Origin: Octopus bimaculoides
Lineage: Eukaryota
NCBI RefSeq assembly: GCF_001194135.2
Contig: NC_068987.1
Coordinates: 10,180,780-10,213,445 of the forward strand
Reading direction: 5' to 3'
Length of the DNA: 32,666 bases
The position numbers and the translations under genes are program-made. Every line of letters starts with the position of its first letter. Within the stretch, counting starts at the first letter, position 1. The notes beneath the pieces were generated by a model that ran no database searches, was not told the origin of the DNA, and saw nothing but the letters and a program-made list of their open reading frames with translations. Shown here one piece after another: positions 1 to 11,650 of this stretch.

Positions 1-69
1 ATATATATATCGCCTTTATGTCGTCTATCTGTCCGAACGTTTTAATGCCCTCTATTGTGTTTTTGCTCC

Positions 70-106
<37 letters not shown>

Positions 107-2080
107 GAGCGCACATACACACACACACACATTCATCTGAATAACCGTCACCAGTTGCATTTTCTTTGTGGCAACATAATGTTATAAAGTGTTCCCTAGA
201 AGAACCGTTGAGGATCTGCATCTAAATGCGCAACGAATAACCACTGCAGAGGATGCAAGTAGCCACAATGGTGAAACGTGCGTAGAGAATAAATGGCATA
301 AACTGCATCTTGTATTTATCATACTTTTGTGTGCGTGTGTGTGAATGTATGTATACATCTATGTATGTATGCATGTATGCATGTATATATGTATGTATGT
401 ATGTATACAGTAAAAAGGAACAAATATTTCGAAACCTCACTATACATGTTTCAGAAACGTGGATAGTTCTAAATACTATTCTGTTACATAACTTATTAGA
501 TATTATGTAAAAACGCATTGTTACATTTCTTTATATGATACTCTACCAAATATTTCGTCCAAATATTTATTCACACTGACACCCTAGCTCGCATCCAGAG
601 TAGGGTCTCTCGACTTATCGGCATTCAATCACTAACGGGCATACCCCAGCCCCCTAACCGACAAGTTAGAGCCGGTTTTCTCCCTGTTTATTCAAACTAT
701 AATGGCCTCCAATATGATAAAGAAATTACCTACAGTCGTAAATAGTCTTCAGAAGTGAGCTATCATCCTTTAATATAAAGATAGGTCGTTGGTGAAAGAT
801 TTTTCTTGGCAAACCGCAGTGAAAAATCCTAACATATTTGGACTGATCTAAAGTTTGTTTATTTTATACCACTGCTTGCAAGACTTGTATATGCTGCTCC
901 GACCTGGCGGCCGACGCTTGCTGTCGGTGCGTAGTATCAACTGATTTCTTATAAGGAAGTGAAGTCTCCCACCAATTCGGAGTAGCTTCGCTTGGTATCT
1001 GGCACTGAAGACAGCTAAAAGGCTATAAATACATCTTCCAGTCCATAGGAAGGTGCTATGATGTGACTTTGATGTTTTTAACACCTTTAGTCTAAAGCGA
1101 AATGTTTTTTCCATGACCGTAGTAAAAAAAAATGCCTCTTTACATGTAAAATATCTTCCAGTCATCTTTGAACTGATCTAAAAAATTTATGAAATTCTAG
1201 CTCCAAGAAACATGCTATTTCTGTCAGGTTAGAAAATGTGATTCCTACATATTATAAAAAGTATATTAAAAACATAAATCCAATCTGTTATAATATATTT
1301 CTATACCAGCGAATATTATTACTGATGTTTAGAAGACAAACAACAGCCGAAACGTTCGTTAATGTTTCATTAAAGACGATACCTAAGCAAATCGATGATT
1401 TACGAAAAGAAAACTACATCGCAAAATATCCAAGATCGACCGTGTAATTTTCTATCGAATTAAACTGTGTTAAGAATGAAATACTTACAAACAAAACAAA
1501 ATTATTGCATGCTAAGTAACAACGTGTATTACTACATCTCCCAAAAGAAGTGTCCGTGTCTTGCAAGCAGATAAAAAGAAAATGGCTATGTTATTTTAAA
1601 AAAATACATATTTAAAGAAAAATCCACTTGTTTCTCTCAAAAGGATATTTTCGCTTCAAATGTTATAAACCAAAACAATGAGAAATGGCGCTGAAATCTA
1701 TGATATTCTCAAATGATAGCTCCTTGTGCAAGATTCTTGATTAGATATATCAGTTTATTGGTTAACTTTAGAATGGATGCGAAAAAGAAATGATGATGAG
1801 AATTGCATATTAATTCTGTCCCAAGCTGCTTAACACATCTGACTTCCCTGAGAGGCATTTCAAGTATGTCAGTTTCCCCCACCACTCTCTCTCACTCTCT
1901 CACTCTCTCTCTCTCTCTCTCTCACTCTCTTTCTTTCTTTCCTTCTTTCTTTCTCTTTTAGCGTCAAACTCTCATAATTCCAATCTCAAAACCTTATTGT
2001 TTCTGAAAGCCACCTCTAAAATTCAATAATTTTTCATCCAGTCATTAACTAGACTCTGTCTCGCACAGATTATTATCATA

Positions 2081-2168
2081 AGTGCAGACGTGGTTGTGTG
2101 GTTAAGAAGCTCGTTTTGAAATTACATAGTTTCGGGTTCAATCTCACAGCGCGACATCTTGGGCAAAG
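2081..2168 (+). mobile_element. SINE family A head fragment
   Basis: GCAGACGTGGTTGTGTGGTTAAG...GGGTTCAATCTC..GCGACATCTTGGGCAA. Confidence 0.7.
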
Positions 2169-2384
2169 AGGAAAGTATTTACACAAGGTTAAACGCTCTC
2201 TGCTGATGGCTCACAATGAACTGCTTACTCCGAACTGCTGATAATTCTATACTTTATAGTTCTATAATTATAGCAATAGTATAAATCCATGGTAAAATAC
2301 TTTGTAGCAATTCATAATGGCTGTGTAGATAGAAACCTATAATTCCTTTTTTCTTCATTATGTAATCCATAAATGTAAAAAAAA

Positions 2385-2731
2385 ATTTATTACTCACATA
2401 GCGGAGCAATACAAGGTGGGGACAAAAAAAAAACGAATGTAAGGATGAATAAAATAATGGATGAAAATGATAAATGAAATGAAACCGTTCGGCCCCTCCA
2501 CCGGGTGACTTCATTTAATCTGTTAGTACGACTTTAAAACTCAGTTAATCTTCATCCTTCTTAAGAATGTCTATATTATAATCATTGCGAAGATCACGAT
2601 AATCTATCCGCTTTAGTAATTGGCTGGTGTCAGTTTTCTTGACCCAGTATTCATTGTCCTTATCGCAGTCTTTTATTCTTGACATATGTTCCAAGTTTGC
2701 CACCACACAAAGATATCGCCATGGTAATCCG
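2385..2731 (-). mobile_element. Probable inverted 3' piece of the same ORF1-bearing element
   Basis: Starts with an 18-bp sequence identical to 3215-3232 in inverted orientation. A short open frame is followed by a pyrimidine-rich 3'UTR-like tract and AATAAA. Assignment is inferred from the junction geometry. Confidence 0.45.
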
Positions 2732-3232
2732 CCCCGCGATGCTACAAATGTGGCTTGAAAGGCCACATTAGAGCGGACTGTCCTCCGCCGCCCGTAAAGA
2801 CCAAAGAAAACCCCGTAAGCAGATAGGAAACCATACCTACCGCGCCGACGAAAGACAATACAAGTGCCGAGGAAGAAGAAGAGGTGAACACTGAAGGGAA
2901 TGAATGGGAAACGGCTGGTAGAAAAAGAAAGAGAAAAAGACACTCCCTGTGAATGTTGACCCCCATCCTACACTCACACCCTTCTGCCCCATCCTCCACC
3001 ACCAGACACCAACTTTCTCCACACGCCACTGACAGAGACAAACACAAGCAAACAGGAGCCCCAAAACTGCCCCTCCCCCGTCCTGTGAGAAAAAAATACG
3101 TTGCAATGTATGACGGGACAAATAGCGATCTTTACGATGAAAAAGACACACGGGACAAAGTATTTAAAGCAAATACGACAGGATATTCTGGACTGCCATG
3201 GCGATACCGTTGTCCGGATTACCATGGCGATA
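2732..3232 (+). mobile_element. L1/Tx1-like LINE ORF1 fragment with CCHC zinc knuckle (pseudogenised)
   Basis: 2740-2781 translates as CYKCGLKGHIRADC (CX2CX4HX4C). After an in-frame TAG come an acidic tract and EWETAGRKRKRKR, typical of gag-like ORF1 C-terminal halves. Confidence 0.8.
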
Positions 3233-3593
3233 CCATCGGTCGGGGAGTGAAGATGTTTTATCAAAGCAATAAAACCGTAAAACCAATTGAGGGCACTTTT
3301 GTTGAATTCACTTCTTTTACACACACACACAAGCACAGAGGCGAACATAGCCTATGTATACGTATATGCAAACATTTTTTTTTTTATATCATGTTCATTC
3401 TATTTGTAATACTATAAATCATAATAAATTATGTCACTATACATGTGAATTTAACACGCTTGAACGAAGCGTTTATTCAAATTTATTTCACGAGTTCTCA
3501 ATGTCGTAATACTTTATATGTATCACAGTTCCGATAACGGTCAGAGATCAATATATTTCGCAAGAGCAAACTGCAATCTTGATTAAATCAGAA

Positions 3594-3654
<61 letters not shown>

Positions 3655-3889
3655 ATATATATATATTATGTATTTATTCAAATTTTCCAGTGAAATGCCG
3701 CTTTTAATATACAAATATGTATTATCTTATTTAAGCTAGTTTTTAGGGAAATGCGGTGTATATGACTTAGTTAACAGGTCGTTCTTCATTCGTGTTGATC
3801 CCTAAGCACTTGTGTCATTCTGTAGTGAATTATTGATGAAATTTGTAAAAGGATGAAACATTTCAAATTTCATCACTAATAACAAGTTG

Positions 3890-4258
3890 TATGTGTGTAT
3901 GTATCTATGCATCTGTGTATGTATGTATCAAGTATGTATGCATGTATGTACGTAGCCATCGTATCTTTATCTCTCTATTTATAAACATCTCTTTCTCTAT
4001 CTGTGTATTTAACTACCTATCTATCTGTATGTCTATTTAACTACTTATCTATCTGTCTGTCTATGTAACTATCTATCTATCTACATACTTATCTATCTAT
4101 TTACCTACCTATCTATCTACCTACCTAACTACCTATCTATCTACCTACCTCTCCATCTATCTACCTATCTATCTATCTACCTGTCTACCTATCTACCTGT
4201 CTACCTATGTACCTACCTATCCATATATCTACCTATCTCCCTACCAATCTATCTACCT
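3890..4258. repeat. (TATG)n and degenerate (CTAT/CTAC)n microsatellite tract
   Basis: Direct reading. Confidence 0.95.
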
Positions 4259-4265
4259 TGTCATA

Positions 4266-5494
4266 GGCCACACTTGTTTGGAGGCGTTTTGACAACTGTC
4301 TACTGCAACTGGCAGCAAAACGCTGTGAAGCGAGGAGCGGTGGCACTGCTAAAGAAAGATCCAAGCAAGGGGAACGCCGTAGATAACTTCAGGCCCATCA
4401 CTCTGTTCAACGCAGATTTGAAGATTTCGGCCAAGGTGTTAGCCCAGAGATGGGCACTTTTCATCGAGAAACTGGTCGACAAGGCGCAAACGTGTGCCGT
4501 GGTGGGCAGGAGTATCCATGACAACCTCCATCTGATGCGTTACATCATAGACAGGGTAGTTAAGGAATCTGGCATGGGTGGGGCGCTGATCAATCTGGAT
4601 CAATCGAAGGCTTGGAGGTTGTCCTAAGAGCGGCTGGTTTCGGTCCCGTCTTTCGCGGTTGGATTGCTGCCTTATACAATGGTATCCGCTCGGTAGTTCA
4701 CGTAAATCTGTCCAGACCATTTAACATCAGGCGTTCAAGGATGCCTCCTCTCGTCGTTTCTGTACGTATTGACTCTTAAGGCATTACTGCTGAATCTGGC
4801 GACATTGAGGGACATTCCGTGAGAACTAAGATATGGGAGGAGCGTGTCTGCATACGCGGACGACGTCACCATGATAGTGTCGAGCCACAGGCATATCGAT
4901 CTGGTGGGCGAGACGCTAAAAGAATACGAAGCGGCAACGGGAGAGAAAATTAACCGGAAAAAGTCGGTGGGCTTGTGGATCGGCACCTGGAGAAGCAAGC
5001 CCATGCCGTTCTACAGCGTCTCCATCGTGGGACGCTGGACCGATGGACCGGTTAAATTGCTCGGGGTCTGGTTCGGTCCTCCAAATGGAGAACTGGGACG
5101 AGATAAGGAGTAGGGTGGCCACTCTCCCCAGCAATGGGCCGAGAGGAAGCTACCCCTAAAAGATCAGGCGGAGGTGGCGAACGCGTACATGGCATCCGTC
5201 ATCGATTACCGTCTGACTGTCGTGCCTTGTCCTGACCGTACCATCACCAAACTGGAACGCATATTTTTCCGCATTTTGTGGAAGGGAAGCGTTCCGATGG
5301 TTAGACGATCCATTTGCTGTCAACAGCCGCTAAATGGAGGGCTGGGCATGCCGTGGTTGATGATGCGCAGACATGCGCTGAGACTGAGACTGTGACATCT
5401 CCGGCGCTTCATAGACGACGGGGAACAGGTCTGGTCGCCGTTTGTGCGGCGCGCTTCCCTGCAGCTCCTCTCTGGCCGAACTGCAGTCGTGGAT
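4266..5494 (+). mobile_element. L1/Tx1-clade LINE ORF2 reverse transcriptase fragment (pseudogenised, runs into gap)
   Basis: Translates to NFRPITLFNADLKI..KVLAQR, AQTCAVVGRSIHDNL, LINLDQSKA, QGCLLSSFLY, AYADDVT, KINRKKS..., VKLLGVWFG, GGLGMP. Small deletions, frameshifts and stops are present. Confidence 0.95.
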
Positions 5495-6456
5495 NNNNNN
5501 NNNNNNNNNNNNNNNNNNNNNNNNNNNNNNNNNNNNNNNNNNNNNNNNNNNNNNNNNNNNNNNNNNNNNNNNNNNNNNNNNNNNNNNNNNNNNNNNNNNN
5601 NNNNNNNNNNNNNNNNNNNNNNNNNNNNNNNNNNNNNNNNNNNNNNNNNNNNNNNNNNNNNNNNNNNNNNNNNNNNNNNNNNNNNNNNNNNNNNNNNNNN
5701 NNNNNNNNNNNNNNNNNNNNNNNNNNNNNNNNNNNNNNNNNNNNNNNNNNNNNNNNNNNNNNNNNNNNNNNNNNNNNNNNNNNNNNNNNNNNNNNNNNNN
5801 NNNNNNNNNNNNNNNNNNNNNNNNNNNNNNNNNNNNNNNNNNNNNNNNNNNNNNNNNNNNNNNNNNNNNNNNNNNNNNNNNNNNNNNNNNNNNNNNNNNN
5901 NNNNNNNNNNNNNNNNNNNNNNNNNNNNNNNNNNNNNNNNNNNNNNNNNNNNNNNNNNNNNNNNNNNNNNNNNNNNNNNNNNNNNNNNNNNNNNNNNNNN
6001 NNNNNNNNNNNNNNNNNNNNNNNNNNNNNNNNNNNNNNNNNNNNNNNNNNNNNNNNNNNNNNNNNNNNNNNNNNNNNNNNNNNNNNNNNNNNNNNNNNNN
6101 NNNNNNNNNNNNNNNNNNNNNNNNNNNNNNNNNNNNNNNNNNNNNNNNNNNNNNNNNNNNNNNNNNNNNNNNNNNNNNNNNNNNNNNNNNNNNNNNNNNN
6201 NNNNNNNNNNNNNNNNNNNNNNNNNNNNNNNNNNNNNNNNNNNNNNNNNNNNNNNNNNNNNNNNNNNNNNNNNNNNNNTTTTTTTTTTTTTTTTTTGCTT
6301 CTCAGAAATATAATTAAGATAGAGTATGTAGTTCATTTGTGATTTATACTGATCGATAAAATTGGGGCTTTTGAAAGTGATGGATGAGTGAAAGAGGAAG
6401 ACACGGGTATACTTAAGGACTCTTCCCTTAATGAAATTGTTGAAACACAAGGTACG

Positions 6457-6458
<2 letters not shown>

Positions 6459-6548
<90 letters not shown>
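6459..6548. repeat. (AAT)n microsatellite
   Basis: About 30 AAT units; source of the poly-N/I/L ORFs. Confidence 0.99.
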
Positions 6549-6550
<2 letters not shown>

Positions 6551-6589
6551 TAGTAGTGAGACATGGTTATGGCCGCAGAAGAGAACACT

Positions 6590-6795
6590 GAGGTGTAATC
6601 TCATAAGACCGAGTTTCCAGATTCTGTGGCGTATATATTATTCGGTTGGAAGGGACACCCGTCTGACACAGATTTACTTATTTTGCCAGCTGAGTGGACT
6701 GAAGTAATGGTAATTGAAGCGCTTTGCTCGAAAGCAGAATGCATCGGCCGGACCAAATATCGAAACCTCAATCTTACGATGTTGTGAACGCCACT
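6590..6795 (-). mobile_element. SINE family C-like (degenerate)
   Basis: CAGCTGAGTGGACTGAAGTAATGG..TGAAGCGCTTTGCTC..ATCGAAACCTCAATCTTACGAT parallels 23896-23990. Confidence 0.6.
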
Positions 6796-7479
6796 ACATA
6801 CACACACATTACATATATATGAAACTTTATATGAATTAGTGTTGAATAGATATTCTATAATTTTGAAGAGAGAAAAAATGGGTGCTGATTTAGATATGTA
6901 TGAGTAAAAGACAAGTCATAACACCAATAATGCTGTCTGTTGTTTGTGAAGGAGAATCCATTTGCTCTTCTAAGTAAGGATTTTACCACTGTTACTATTT
7001 ATTTATATTGCTTCCGTTTAAGTACAAGCATTAATTTGTGTGTTTGATGTAAACAAACGTAATGTATCTATTATTTTCTCTTTGAATATTTAGTCAGGAA
7101 ATAGTCATTGTATTGCTAGGGGATTTCTCTTTGAACTGTTCAGGATATTGAATTTTTAATCAACGGGCATATTCTTACAAAATAATAGAATAATACGGTA
7201 GGAAATTCAACGAAACAAATAGATCAGACAGTACACTTATTAAAAATACACAAACCACGCATAAAATGTATTATATAAATATAAAACAAATGAATATTAA
7301 CTACACAACAGTTAAACGCGTTTTCAAAAGCCTTGTAAAAGGTAGCATAAAAGGTATCACACGAAACTATTATCTAGCAGAAATGACATACTACAAAAGC
7401 ATTAAATTAAAAAACTGATTTACCAATAACAAATCACAAAGATGAAAACATACGAATAAGCTGCTAGTAACCAATTTGT

Positions 7480-7900
7480 TTTATAAATTCCATTGGAAAT
7501 GAAGGATTTGTGTACTTCATGACTCCAGCTGTTGTACTGTTGCAATATTCTCCAGCCGACTCGCCTTGCAATTATATGGAGCTACTACAACGCATAACAT
7601 TATGTAGCAGAAAACAAGACCAGATAAGAAACATTGGTTGACAATATATCTATGCTACAAAGTATTCTTTATTAAAATATAGGATAGAAGTAGCGCTTTG
7701 CTAAATACATAAACCTAAAGAACAAATATACACGAATCACAAAGAAATTATATTTTTAGCAGACGATAAATGATTTAAATGTCGGCTGTATGTATACAAT
7801 TTCATATTGAATTTGTCTACGGTAAAGAAGCAACATCACTTCATAAATATGGTGAGAAAGGGAAGATCTAGAAACGTTAATGGTGGATTTAGGAACAGTT
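7480..7900 (+). pseudogene. Possible highly decayed PIF1-family (Helitron-type) helicase remnant
   Basis: Motif-like peptides in the expected order but in different frames: FMTPA (Walker A-like), LYGATTTHN (Ia-like), LVDNISML (DEISM-like), IIFLADDK (III-like), ILNLSTVKKQ..F..MVRKG (IV-like). Spacing between the first motifs is too short. Confidence 0.3.
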
Positions 7901-8206
7901 GTATTCCAAACAAACTGCTAGAAACTCATAGATAAATCATGAAAGAAAAATCTTGATTAAAAAGATAAACACAGAACACAGGTATGTTTTCAGCACAATG
8001 TTTCTAAAAGAAACATAGTGAGCATGTATACGAATGTTTTTCCTTTTCTTTTAGAGATGTACTGAAAACACGTCTAAAATTTTTACATTAATCTTTTTTT
8101 TTTTATCACGATATTTTTCATATCCTCATATGAGTTCATTGCTGTTTGGAATAATGGAGTTCTTAAATCGATATGTGCGTAGGTGTATAAATGTATGTTT
8201 GTATGC

Positions 8207-8239
<33 letters not shown>

Positions 8240-8525
8240 AGTATGTAGGTGTGTACACGTGAATATGTATAACACACACACACATACATATATATANNNN
8301 NNNNNNNNNNNNNNNNNNNNNNNNNNNNNNNNNNNNNNNNNNNNNNNNNNNNNNNNNNNNNNNNNNNNNNNNNNNNNNNNNNNNNNNNNNNNNNNNNNNN
8401 NNNNNNNNNNNNNNNNNNNNNNNNNNNNNNNNNNNNNNNNNNNNNNNNNNNNNNNNNNNNNNNNNNNNNNNNNNNNNNNNNNNNNNNNNNNNNNNNNNNN
8501 NNNNNNNNNNNNNNNNNNNNNNNNN

Positions 8526-8559
<34 letters not shown>

Positions 8560-8584
8560 GTACACGTATGTATGCATGCATTCG

Positions 8585-8760
8585 CCATGATAGATCGCTA
8601 GCCACTACACATTCTTTATTTTCTCTCCCTGTTGCTTTCTATGTTCCTTTCTGTGGAAGAGCGTACGCTCGAAACGTTAAAACTTTTTCACTTCCCGAAC
8701 GTTAAACTAATACATCTGTTTGTTGTCTACACCACCTGTCTTCATCTTTTGTTTTTTGTT
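8585..8760 (+). mobile_element. Penelope-like element end with hammerhead-like motif at 8647-8682
   Basis: CTTT-CTGTGGA-A-GAGC(GTAC)GCTC-GAAACGTT-AAAA, the GCTCGAAACG signature of PLE termini; core A6 altered. Confidence 0.5.
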
Positions 8761-9440
8761 TTTTTGTGATACATATGTATAAATATAAGTATTTGTATAT
8801 GTGTGTTTGTATGCGCGTGTTTATCCATAACTCGGTCGTTTTCTCTCCTTCTTTCGAAACAGAAAAAGCTCAAGGGCTTTCCATCGACATTCTGTTTTCT
8901 GTTTTCATACATCAAACAATATTGTCATCGTGATTTAGCAGGACTTTTAACGAAATACAGGACTATAATTTCAATACGTAACGGAGAGATTTCATGCCTG
9001 TTAGATATTCTACCTTGCAGAAAAATCGGATCGCTGTCATGTGATGAAACTACAGATGTTAAGCTGAAAGATGCGTTTATAGCTATCATAATATTAGAGC
9101 GATCTTCTGTAAATGTTGTCTCTGGGAGTAAAAACGAAAACTGCAATGTTTTATCTTGAGTCTACAAATCGATTCAATTGAAACATTGCTGTAACGTATT
9201 GTAGTGATGGAGATAATCTTACAGTTGTAATAACTCAGGAAACAAGAATATGTTAATGTTATGCTAATGTTCTATACTTACAAACACACACGTACACACG
9301 AACGGAGACAGGCTCACACATACATCTCACAAGCATGTAGATATATAGTTCACATACATGCATACACACACAAACATACGCACACACAATAAAAAATCAC
9401 GTATACACACACAATTATTTGTTTACAATAAATAAGTAAA

Positions 9441-9800
9441 CAAAATTTCGGAAGAGGGGATGAGTCGATTACATCGACCCCAGTGTATCAATGGCACTTA
9501 TTTAATCAACCTCGAAAGAATGAAAGGCAAAGTCGACCTTGGCTGAATTTGAACTCAGAACGTAACGGCAGGCGAAATACCTATTTCGTTATTGCCCACA
9601 AGGGGCTAAACATAGAGGGAACAAACAAGAACAGACGAACGGATTAAGTCGATTGTATTGACCCTAGTGCGTAACTGGTACTTAATTTATCGACCCCGAA
9701 AGGATGAAAGGCAAAGTCGACCTCGGCGGAATTTGAACTCAGAACGTAACGGCAGGCGAAATACCGCTAAGCATTTCGCCATGCGTGCTAACGAATCTGC
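9441..9800 (-). mobile_element. Family B nested or tandem pair
   Basis: Copy 9582-9800 ends in a ...GGGCAATAACGAAATA tail and directly abuts a second copy (9441-9581) starting at the internal GGTATTTCG, which has a different 3' tail. Confidence 0.85.
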
Positions 9801-10446
9801 NNNNNNNNNNNNNNNNNNNNNNNNNNNNNNNNNNNNNNNNNNNNNNNNNNNNNNNNNNNNNNNNNNNNNNNNNNNNNNNNNNNNNNNNNNNNNNNNNNNN
9901 NNNNNNNNNNNNNNNNNNNNNNNNNNNNNNNNNNNNNNNNNNNNNNNNNNNNNNNNNNNNNNNNNNNNNNNNNNNNNNNNNNNNNNNNNNNNNNNNNNNN
10001 NNNNNNNNNNNNNNNNNNAATATTATTACAAATTACAGTAGATATACAGGACTGGAATATACACGCATGATTTAAAAGATGCATATTTGACGAATATGCG
10101 CAGAGACTGCAGTTTGGTAGTAGGGTCGCTTCTAAATCACATAGTTTCGGTTTCAGTCCCACTGAGTGGCACCTTGGGCAAATGTCTTCTATTATAATAG
10201 TAGTAGAAGTGTGTGTGTGCGTCTGGCCCACCCCCCGCTTGATAACACTATCGGTTTGTTTGAGTCGAAGTAACTTAGTAGTTAAACAAAGACTGATAGA
10301 CAAAGCGCCAGACTTTACAAAATAAGCAATATGATCAATTAAAACCAATCAAAATCGATACTCCAGTATGGCAGCAATCCGATGACTGCACCAAAATAAG
10401 ATATATATAGTAGAAAAACCTTAGATTCAAAGAATAAAAATATATC

Positions 10447-10518
10447 TGCGTCGGCCGGGAGACGAACCCGGATCGACTGCTTGGAAGGCAACCATGCTAA
10501 CCGTTACACCACCGACGC
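10447..10518 (-). tRNA. tRNA-Gly(TCC), array copy 1 (T-loop A58->T, possibly pseudogenic)
   Basis: Reverse complement GCGTCGGTGGTGTAACGGTTAGCATGGTTGCCTTCCAAGCAGTCGATCCGGGTTCGTCTCCCGGCCGACGCA, 72 nt. It folds as a cloverleaf with anticodon loop CTTCCAA, close to metazoan Gly-TCC. T-loop TTCGTCT instead of TTCGACT. T5 terminator about 7 nt downstream (plus-strand A5 at 10436-10440). Confidence 0.93.
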
Positions 10519-11043
10519 TGCACATACACGAACCCGAAATATCTGATTAAATACTAAATCTTGGATATTGGTGAAAGCCTTGCTTTTCAAGATTTCTTCG
10601 ATTCCCGTTTTCTTAAATATTATCACAAATTACAGTAGATATACAGGACTGAAATATACACGCATGATTTAAAAGATGCATATTTGACGTATAGGCGCAG
10701 AGACTGCCGTTTGGTAGTAGGGTCGCTTCTAAACCACATAGTTTCGGTTTCAATCCCACTGCGTGGCACCTTGGACATATGACTTCTATTATAATAGTAG
10801 TAGAAGTGTGTGTGTGCGTCTGGCCCACCCCGCGCTTGATAACACTATCGGTTTGTTTGAGTCGAAGTAACTTAGTAGTTAAACAAAGACTGATAGACAA
10901 AGCGCCAGACTTTACAAAATAAGCAATATGATCGATTAAAACCAATCAAAATCGATACTCCAGTATGGCAGCAATCCGATGACTGCACAAAAATAAGATA
11001 TATATAGTAGAAAAACCTTAGATTCAAAGAATAGAAATAAATC

Positions 11044-11092
11044 TGCGTCGGCCGGGAGTCGAACGCGGATCGACTGCTTGGAAGGCAACCAT
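11044..11092 (-). tRNA. tRNA-Gly(TCC), array copy 2 (5' part lost in N-gap; T-stem mismatch)
   Basis: The 3' 49 nt are visible: ATGGTTGCCTTCCAAGCAGTCGATCCGCGTTCGACTCCCGGCCGACGCA. T-stem CCGCG instead of CCGGG. Exactly 597 bp from copy 1. Confidence 0.85.
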
Positions 11093-11578
11093 NNNNNNNN
11101 NNNNNNNNNNNNNNNNNNNNNNNNNNNNNNNNNNNNNNNNNNNNNNNNNNNNNNNNNNNNNNNNNNNNNNNNNNNNNNNNNNNNNNNNNNNNTACACGCA
11201 TGATTTAAAAGATGCATATTTGACGAATAGGCGCAGAGACTGCCGTATGGTAGTAGGGTCGCTTCTAAATCACATAGTTTCGGTTTCAGTCCCACTGCGT
11301 GGCACCTTGGGCAAATGTCTTCTCTTGTAATAGTAGTAGAAGTGTGTGTGTGCGTCTGGCCCACCCCCGCTTGATCACACTATCGGTTTGTTTGAGTCGA
11401 AGTAACTTAGTAGTTAAACAAAGACTGATAGACAAAGCGCCAGACTTTACAAAATAAGCAATATGATCGATTAAAACCAATCAAAATCGATACTCCAGTA
11501 TGGCAGCAATCCGATGACTGCACCAAAACAAGATATATATAGCAGAAAAACCCTAGATTCAAAGAATAACAATATAAC

Positions 11579-11650
11579 TGCGTCGGCTGGGAGTCGAACC
11601 CGGATCGACTGCTTGGAAGGCAACCATGCTAACCGTTACACCACCGACGC
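11579..11650 (-). tRNA. tRNA-Gly(TCC), array copy 3 (T-stem C.A mismatch)
   Basis: 72-nt GCGTCGGTGG...GGTTCGACTCCCAGCCGACGCA. A and B boxes intact. The 3' T-stem strand is CCCAG rather than CCCGG. Confidence 0.92.

Noticed and set aside
848-1165. 105-aa minus-strand ORF, and YAPTASVGRQVG in another frame as a helicase motif Ia
   Set aside because: An isolated weak resemblance with no neighbouring helicase motifs.
2732-5494. Treating the ORF1 and RT fragments as one intact Tx1 element targeting the tRNA array
   Set aside because: The APE domain is absent, 1 kb of unrelated microsatellite DNA intervenes, and the array is more than 4 kb away, so no target-site link is visible.
5314-6588. Long ORFs of 289-422 aa (also 8083-8705, 9658-10348, 17051-17434, 20399-21499, 28182-28659)
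   Set aside because: They are open only because they span N-gaps.
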